From: Amoebidium appalachense
Taxonomy: Eukaryota > Protista > Ichthyosporea
Assembly (NCBI GenBank): GCA_963693365.1
Contig: CAVNZM010000006.1
Coordinates: 2,604,001 to 2,668,000, forward strand
DNA length: 64,000 nt
Direction of reading: 5' to 3'
The notes under the pieces were generated by a model. The model made no database searches. It had not been told where the DNA came from and was given only the letters and a program-made list of their open reading frames with translations. A program made the position numbers and the translations under genes. This document shows, piece after piece, positions 57,585 to 64,000 of this stretch (position 1 is the first letter of the stretch; the number at the start of each line of letters is the position of its first letter).

Positions 57585-59556
57585 GTGTGTGTGTGTGCGC
57601 GTGCGCTATAATTTTGTAGTGATGTGTTTCTCAAGCCAATCAATACATCTAATAAACAGGTCGTAGTTACGCGTGTTTAGTATAAAATCAAGGATGTTGT
57701 AATTTACAGGTAGGCTATCTTTCTGGGTGTCTGTTGTGAATGTGACGTGTGTGTGTTGCGGTATTATGTGGTCTATCAAACTACATTTGGCAATACATGA
57801 CCGGTTAAACTGGTGTGTGTGTGTGTTGTTTGGGCATGCAAATGATGCCACCTTATACTTATTAGATCTCCACTGTATAGCACGTGTACAGTAAAAGCGT
57901 GGTAATTGATCAATAATACCATCAGCTAGAGAAAGACCAGTTCTACAGGAAGGTAATATGTATTTAGGTGTTATACATTTGCGAGTGCCATATTTGGCAA
58001 TATGGTTGAGGCGGTCAGTATATATAAAACGAGACATAATTGATAAGGCTTAGTTTTTCAAGGTGTATGCTTTCATCGGGTCTAGTGTCGTGTGGTATCT
58101 TTTTCCATTTGTTATATTGCGTGATTATCTTGTGATTGTGTACATGTTTAATAAGTAAGTGGCAGTCCAAAGTCACACACACACACTGTTGCGGGGTTTA
58201 TTTGTATTTGTGCCCAGGGGAGAAGGGGAGAGAGAGGGGAGGAAAGAGGGGAGAGGTGAGGAGGGGACAGGTCGGATAGAGAAGAGAGGGTGGGAGGGCA
58301 AATACCTCTTTAAGCGGCTTATGTGCTTATTGAATTTCAGCGCGAGATAGGATACTCTAGCAGCTATTGGGACCAGACCATATATCGAGAGCGTTACAGG
58401 CCCAGGTTTACAACAGTTGTTAGATAGAAAGGAGGCAACTTCTGCTTCAAGGAAATTTGCCAAGGGTTTAAGCGCTCTAGTTCTCTCTTTCCCAACTTGA
58501 GTTGTCCGTCTCTGAGTCTGGAAGTTCAGTGACTCATAATGAGTTGATCATAATAATTAGTAAGCGAAACCACATTTGCACGGCCATACTGATAAGACGT
58601 TTGAATGCATGTACAAATAGATATATCGTGTGTGTTCTTGGCAGATAGAGCGTATATTTTGTGCATTTGTTTTCTTTTTGACCCTCTCTAACCATTCGCG
58701 ATTTCCGATTGGTTAGCTATTTGGCTCACCGTTTAGGCAACTTGATTGGTTCTTACATTTTACCTCTAGGTTCGTTCGACAAGTTGCTCGCCAACGAGCC
58801 GGCAGGGCCGGCACTCGGCAGCACTGAGAATGAGTAATTTGCAGAGCACTTACGTAACATTACAAAAAGGATAGCTTGGCGTTCATAGAATCTCCATAAT
58901 CGAATACTTGCAAAGAATATATTAGCAACTGCTAGAGGGCTACATAATATTTTCCTCCGAGTTTCTTCTAGACCTTCCTAGACTATTCGAGAGACCATAT
59001 ATAAGAACGCAAGGCCAGCTATATGGGCCAATTTGGAAAAGTCCGAGTAGCCGGGAGTCTCGGGAGGCTCGAAAGCTAGACTATGTAGCTTGAAAGCTAC
59101 ATGTTGAGTATGTAGGGAGCGGGCCCCAGCGGGGCCGCGCGGGGTGGATCGCCACCAATGCGAACTGAGTCTGACGGTTTACATTGTGCATGCACTGGTC
59201 AAGCATGATATATACGATCATATGCAATGTACCATGGCATGGCACATGCATGCATCACTGTCCACGCTAAGCCTTGTACTAAGTCTTCTGCCAGTACTTT
59301 TTGGCATGTAGGCGAGCTGTCTGCCTGTGCTTCTATTCAGCTTCAACTGTATATACGTGACTTCCGGATCCTGGGATCCACCTACGTGCACGTGCACAAA
59401 CGCCCCTGATCGCCGATCGTGACCATGCATGCAGTATCCGGATGGGCCAAATGTACATGAATATATGCTGTTCGTTTCCGTGTGACTGTGTGACGTTGAT
59501 CGGTAGTGTTAATACTGTTAAGACCTACTCTGGGAACCACTCTGGCCATATGGGAA

Positions 59557-59588
<32 letters not shown>

Positions 59589-59990
59589 GGGTTCGGGATC
59601 GCGATCGACCGTCCGGATTGTAGATGCACATGGCAGATGACCACGTGACATGTACCTGTACATGTACGCGCACTGTTGCGCACATAAAACGTTCATCGAT
59701 ATCGTGATACTGCAGCTGATACATCAAGTTATCAGTTATATACATACAAGTAGGTCTGTGCGCCGGCTGTCGCCGGCGCCAAAACATAACGAGACAGTTA
59801 TTGATGTTGGGTTGTGTGGTTGTTACCTCCCTCCCCCCTCCCCCCGGCCCCCCTCCTCCCTGGCCCCCCCGCCTCACGCTTTCCTCCCCCCTCCCCCCCC
59901 TGGCCCCCCCGCCTCACACTCCCCCCCCCCCCCCCCCCAATCCTGCAGTTGCCCGATCTGCCAAACGGTTATGACCCTTTTCCCTTTCAT

Positions 59991-60022
<32 letters not shown>

Positions 60023-60099
60023 ATTTCCTTTCCCAATCCATTCCCACCCCTCCATACTATTCCTCATAATCCCCTTGCCTTCCCTTTTCTCCCCCCCCC

Positions 60100-60130
<31 letters not shown>

Positions 60131-60377
60131 CCCACCCTCACAATTTACCAATGACCACCGCCCAGCTTGAATCACCCTAGCTCTAGTGTAAAAAAATAAT
60201 CATTATCAGCCACAAACCCTTCTAGTACACTCGCCCTAAATGTCATATTCACATTACTGAGTTGGTTTAGTTGTGTTTTTTACTATGATTTTTTTTCAAC
60301 AACTGTCTGCCTATAGCTATTAAAACATTAAAATGTACATGTGTTTGTGTGTGTGTGTGTGTGTGTGTGCCACCGCC

Positions 60378-60459
<82 letters not shown>

Positions 60460-61027
60460 ATATAGAATTTACCGTCCTCATCCCCATGTCCCCCTAAACC
60501 GGTGTTAGCAGACCTTTGAGGTTTTTGTGATTGGATTGGTAGTTCTATTAAATTTTCAAAATGTCGTTGTACCAATGATATAGTCGCCGAATTTCTCTAA
60601 AAAAAGTGCGTTCCATTCTGGGTTAGAAACGAAAACTGTTTTGATACGGGAATCACCTGATCTCTGCCGTCATTCAGCCCAGCAGACTCCGAAACCGCTG
60701 GTTTTTTTCTTTTTATTTCAAAGCCCCGAGTACGTACATCCTCTCGGGCCCAACTTTAGGGCACTATATTTGAATTTTCTCATTATCAAATATATAGTTA
60801 TTTTAGGCTTTTTCATTAGTATCTCAAGAATATTTAGCGATTTTGATGTCATAAAAACAACTAAGCAATGTTTCGATGGTTTTTGATGCCTCACAAAATG
60901 GCCTTAGGTCCCCTCCAAATTCCGGATTTGAGGTCCGGCAAACAACGCATTATATAGGTAATCATTGTGCCTATGCATGTGTGTTTATTTCTCAATTAAT
61001 CCTTATGATGTCACAAGTCTGGTTATA

Positions 61028-61069
<42 letters not shown>

Positions 61070-62848
61070 TTGTTTGTGTCACAAGTCTGGTTATATCATT
61101 ATGCATTGTTTGTGTTTTGTGTGTTGGTACACTCGTCACGCGGCGTGGGAGTTGTTGAGGCTGTATGCATGTGCGCATCATATATGACCGCAGCCACAAG
61201 AAGGTGCCAGGAACTACTGGAACCTTCCCCGGGCTTCTAGAAGATTCTTCTGGCCGCTCACTGGGGACCAGCTGAACGTGCATGCAATGAAGTCGGCTCA
61301 TGAATTCTTCATGGCCATGGGTGAAGCCTCAACTCTGTGCAGTCCGTGAAGCGAACTTCAAACGTACATAGCCGGTTCAACTTGATCGCAGATAACTCAT
61401 CATAGTTAACAATATGAATGTTGACTATTTCCTAGTAGCCATGTCTGTGGAAATGTTGGTCAGACTTGGTGATTGTGTCAGGTGCTTCATGATACACGGT
61501 GGTCACATTATGTCAGGCTCAGCCTACAAGGAGGCATGACGTGGGTGACACGCGCCGCCGCCACGGTGACTTGAACCCGGTTCCGAGCAATGATCAAGCG
61601 ACTGGCTGTGACGAGTGCCACTGTACGGTGGAGTCAGTGCAGTTTCAAGGTCTCTCGAGCAGGACTTGACTTGGCCTACTTAGGAGCCCTGGTAGGGAGA
61701 GAAAAAGGGCTATGTAACATATTTGAAGTCCTTTATGACGAAAACCAAGACAGGCAGCTGCAGGGAATTCTGAGACTGAAACATGACTGATTGATTCGAT
61801 CGCGGCCTCGCGCGCGCCGCGTGACTTTTCAACTTGCTTCGCGAAGTTGTCAACTTTCCGGCTGGTGATCACGGGGTCAGTTCTGTTACTGTACAACTTC
61901 TGTGATCATCGATCCACTTCTTGACGGAATCATTCAGATTCCAGAATCCAGAGGCTGGCCAACACCCACATTTATTATTCTGACCGTGTTTGTGACTTTG
62001 TGGACCACATCTGCTATGTAGAACAAGTTTCCTGTTCGCGCGAGCTGCGACCAGCAAGAGGCACCAGTGCTCAGCCCCGGGGCGGCGGTTTGCATAAAGC
62101 CCATTGGCTCTAATGAACCAATGGAGGCGTCTCCTCGCATTTTTACGCATCCAATCGTATTCGTTGGGAATTCCCTATTGCCTATTGGATCGATATAATG
62201 AGTCCCGACTCCCGAGTCCCACTCCCATAACTGTGTCTAAGGAGATGCGATTCTGGAATTCTAGTGTAGAGTACACAAATGCACGCCATGAAACCTTTTG
62301 CATTTCACACAATTTGCAGCTTATATAGACATCATCTGAGATTAAAAATTTGAATGTGCTTTTCTGCGTTTTACTGCTAATGTTCTTGTTGACGTTGTGT
62401 ACGGTTTTCTGATATATGCATTGATGCATCGTGCATATGGTGTTTTCTGTGTTTGGATGTGTTTGTTTGGTAAGCCAATCACCTTGCGCGAAATCAGGCG
62501 CTATTTTGAGATGTACAAGTTTTAGCCAATCGGAGCCTCAAAGGGGGCAAAAAAAGCCTTTGCAACTTGCAAGCTTGATATTGATAAATAATACTTTGCT
62601 GCAGGGTTGGGATTCTACCTAATTTGCACAAAACACGTACATTGAGGCTTTTAGAATATATTCTTTTTATTTTCTAAACTATTTTGCAACTTGTTTACAG
62701 CTTTCGTATCAGGTGTGTAGCATTATAAACGCTTGAATATGTAATTTTCCCTATTTTTTCAATATTTCTGGTGTTACTAAATTCATTTATTCCACTCCAC
62801 AAAAGCCCCCGCACTAAGCACTGGCTTCTGGCAATAAGGTTCAAAAAC

Positions 62849-62856
62849 TATATAAA
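62849..62856 (+). promoter_or_regulatory. TATA-box candidate for the MFS gene (CCAAT-like agccaatc further upstream at ~62473 and ~62524)
   Basis: TATATAAA about 170 bp upstream of ATG 63028, at the edge of an AT-rich stretch. Confidence 0.45.
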
Positions 62857-63027
62857 GCCGTCTTGCGGTTAGTTTCCTGCATCATCCCAGGCAGCCGTTG
62901 CGTCAACGGCTCAACGCTTCACGCAAGCAGTGTACTCTTCGGCCGGACTGTCACGTTCACCATCTACGAGGCTCAACGAGTAACTGACACAACTAGTACT
63001 ACACACACACTTCTGTCACGCACGAAA

Positions 63028-64000
63028 ATGTCGGCCATCAAGCGGTTCCTGAACTGGCACTTCTCGGACCTGCGGCAGCGGCGCAGCGCGGAGCAGCTCG
63101 AGGCGGAGAAGACGTTCTTGTGGATGCCATGGAACCGCTACTGGATGATGCCGGCGGCTGTGATTCTGCAGCTGGGCGTGGGCTCGTTCTACTCGTGGTC
63201 CGTTTACAACGTGCCCGTGGAGAAGTACACGGGCGCGGCCGAGGGGTCTGCCGCCATCACGTTCAACATCTTCGTGGGCTTCTACGGTTACGCCATGGCC
63301 GTGATGGGCCCGCAGATCGAGCGCTGGGGGCCCAAGAAGACCGTGATGATCTGCAGCGTGTGGTACTGGGTGGGCATGATGCTGTCGGCGCTGGCCGTGT
63401 GGCGCAAGTCCATCGGCGCCCTGTACGTGGCCCACGGCATCATCACGGCCATCCCCATGGGCATCATGTACATTGCCCCCGTGTCCCCCTCCCAGAAGTG
63501 GTTCCCCGAGATCCGCGGCGTGGTGTCCGGCATGGCTGTGTGCGGCACGGGCGGCGGCACCATGATCTCGTCCAAGCTCATCAACGCGCTGATCAAGAGC
63601 TATGACGTGCCCATCACCATGATGGTTGTCGGCTCCATCTACGGCGTGCTCATGTTTGTGTGCGCCTTCCCCCTGCGCACGCCCCCCGAGAGCCAGTACA
63701 TGACCGAGACGGAGCAGAAGATGCACGGCACTGCGGGGGTGACCACGGAGGACAAGGACAGTGTCGACAAGAGCGCAAAGGCCGTGGCCGGGGGAGCCAC
63801 TCCCACGGGGCCCAGCGGCTACTGTGTGGATGTGGACGGCAGCAGCCCGGGGGAGCCGCTGGTGCTCAAGGAGCCCGTGATCTCCATGACGCTCATCGAG
63901 TCGCTCAAGACGGCGGACTTCTGGCTCATGTACGTCATGCTGGTGTGCAACGCCACGTGCGGGGTGCTGACGCTGTCCAAGCTGGCCGACATCTGCCAGA
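63028..64000 (+). CDS. Major facilitator superfamily transporter, OFA (oxalate:formate antiporter)-like; no intron in the visible part; continues beyond the window end
   Basis: Open frame from aaaATG: MSAIKRFLNWHF...RYWMMPAAVILQLGVGSFYSWSVYNVP...GPQIERWGPKK (MFS motif-A-like)...YIAPVSPSQKWFPEIRGVVSGMAVCGTGGG...LKTADFWLMY. Multiple TM segments, very high GC3. It is absent from the ORF track because there is no stop in the window. Confidence 0.9.
   Translation, partial: MSAIKRFLNWHFSDLRQRRSAEQLEAEKTFLWMPWNRYWMMPAAVILQLGVGSFYSWSVYNVPVEKYTGAAEGSAAITFNIFVGFYGYAMAVMGPQIERWGPKKTVMICSVWYWVGMMLSALAVWRKSIGALYVAHGIITAIPMGIMYIAPVSPSQKWFPEIRGVVSGMAVCGTGGGTMISSKLINALIKSYDVPITMMVVGSIYGVLMFVCAFPLRTPPESQYMTETEQKMHGTAGVTTEDKDSVDKSAKAVAGGATPTGPSGYCVDVDGSSPGEPLVLKEPVISMTLIESLKTADFWLMYVMLVCNATCGVLTLSKLADICQ

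Noticed and set aside
61009-61115. Short duplication tgtcacaagtctggttatatc...atgcattgtttgtgt with (TA)n expanded in one copy
   Set aside because: Real but an ordinary local slippage duplication.
58010-61260. Possible solo LTR or large inverted-repeat element between the two MFS copies (weak inverted similarity ~58546-58610 vs ~60945-61010; ttctaga motifs; tatataag at ~58998)
   Set aside because: Similarity is weak and AT-rich; no clear TG...CA ends or TSD could be defined.
61645-62150. Overlapping short minus-strand ORFs that might be a frameshifted gene remnant
   Set aside because: No recognisable domain or consistent splice model; a translated search would be needed.

Overview
Eukaryotic, intron-rich genomic DNA saturated with poly-C/poly-G, (CA)n/(TG)n and (CT)n tracts; almost all ORFs in the supplied track are low-complexity artefacts. 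Reading GT-AG exons by hand gives six genes: an Ala/Pro-rich type-I membrane protein (-), an alpha/beta hydrolase of the monoglyceride-lipase family whose nucleophile Ser is replaced by Gly (-), an intronless 37-aa-repeat plus RAP-domain protein (-), a fused beta-alpha cobalt-type nitrile hydratase with a His/Asp linker (+), an 11-exon BED-finger/hAT-derived gene with a degenerate catalytic triad (+), and an intronless MFS transporter running off the right end (+). A frameshifted inverted pseudogene of the MFS gene lies about 6 kb upstream. The most unusual signal is a non-coding, densely hairpin-forming 452-bp unit found at six places: as about 3.9 and 1.7 head-to-tail copies, and as four partial or decayed copies. 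All six end at nearly the same point beside a poly-C tract and have variable opposite ends, the pattern expected of a mobile element copied from a circular template (retrozyme-like RNA circle or rolling-circle DNA) into poly-C tracts. I could not find a canonical ribozyme core in it. Also present: two foldback/MITE copies, a small MITE and a degenerate tandem duplication of about 2.7-2.9 kb. A unicellular holozoan-like source is only a guess from gene content. All exon models and alignments were done by eye.
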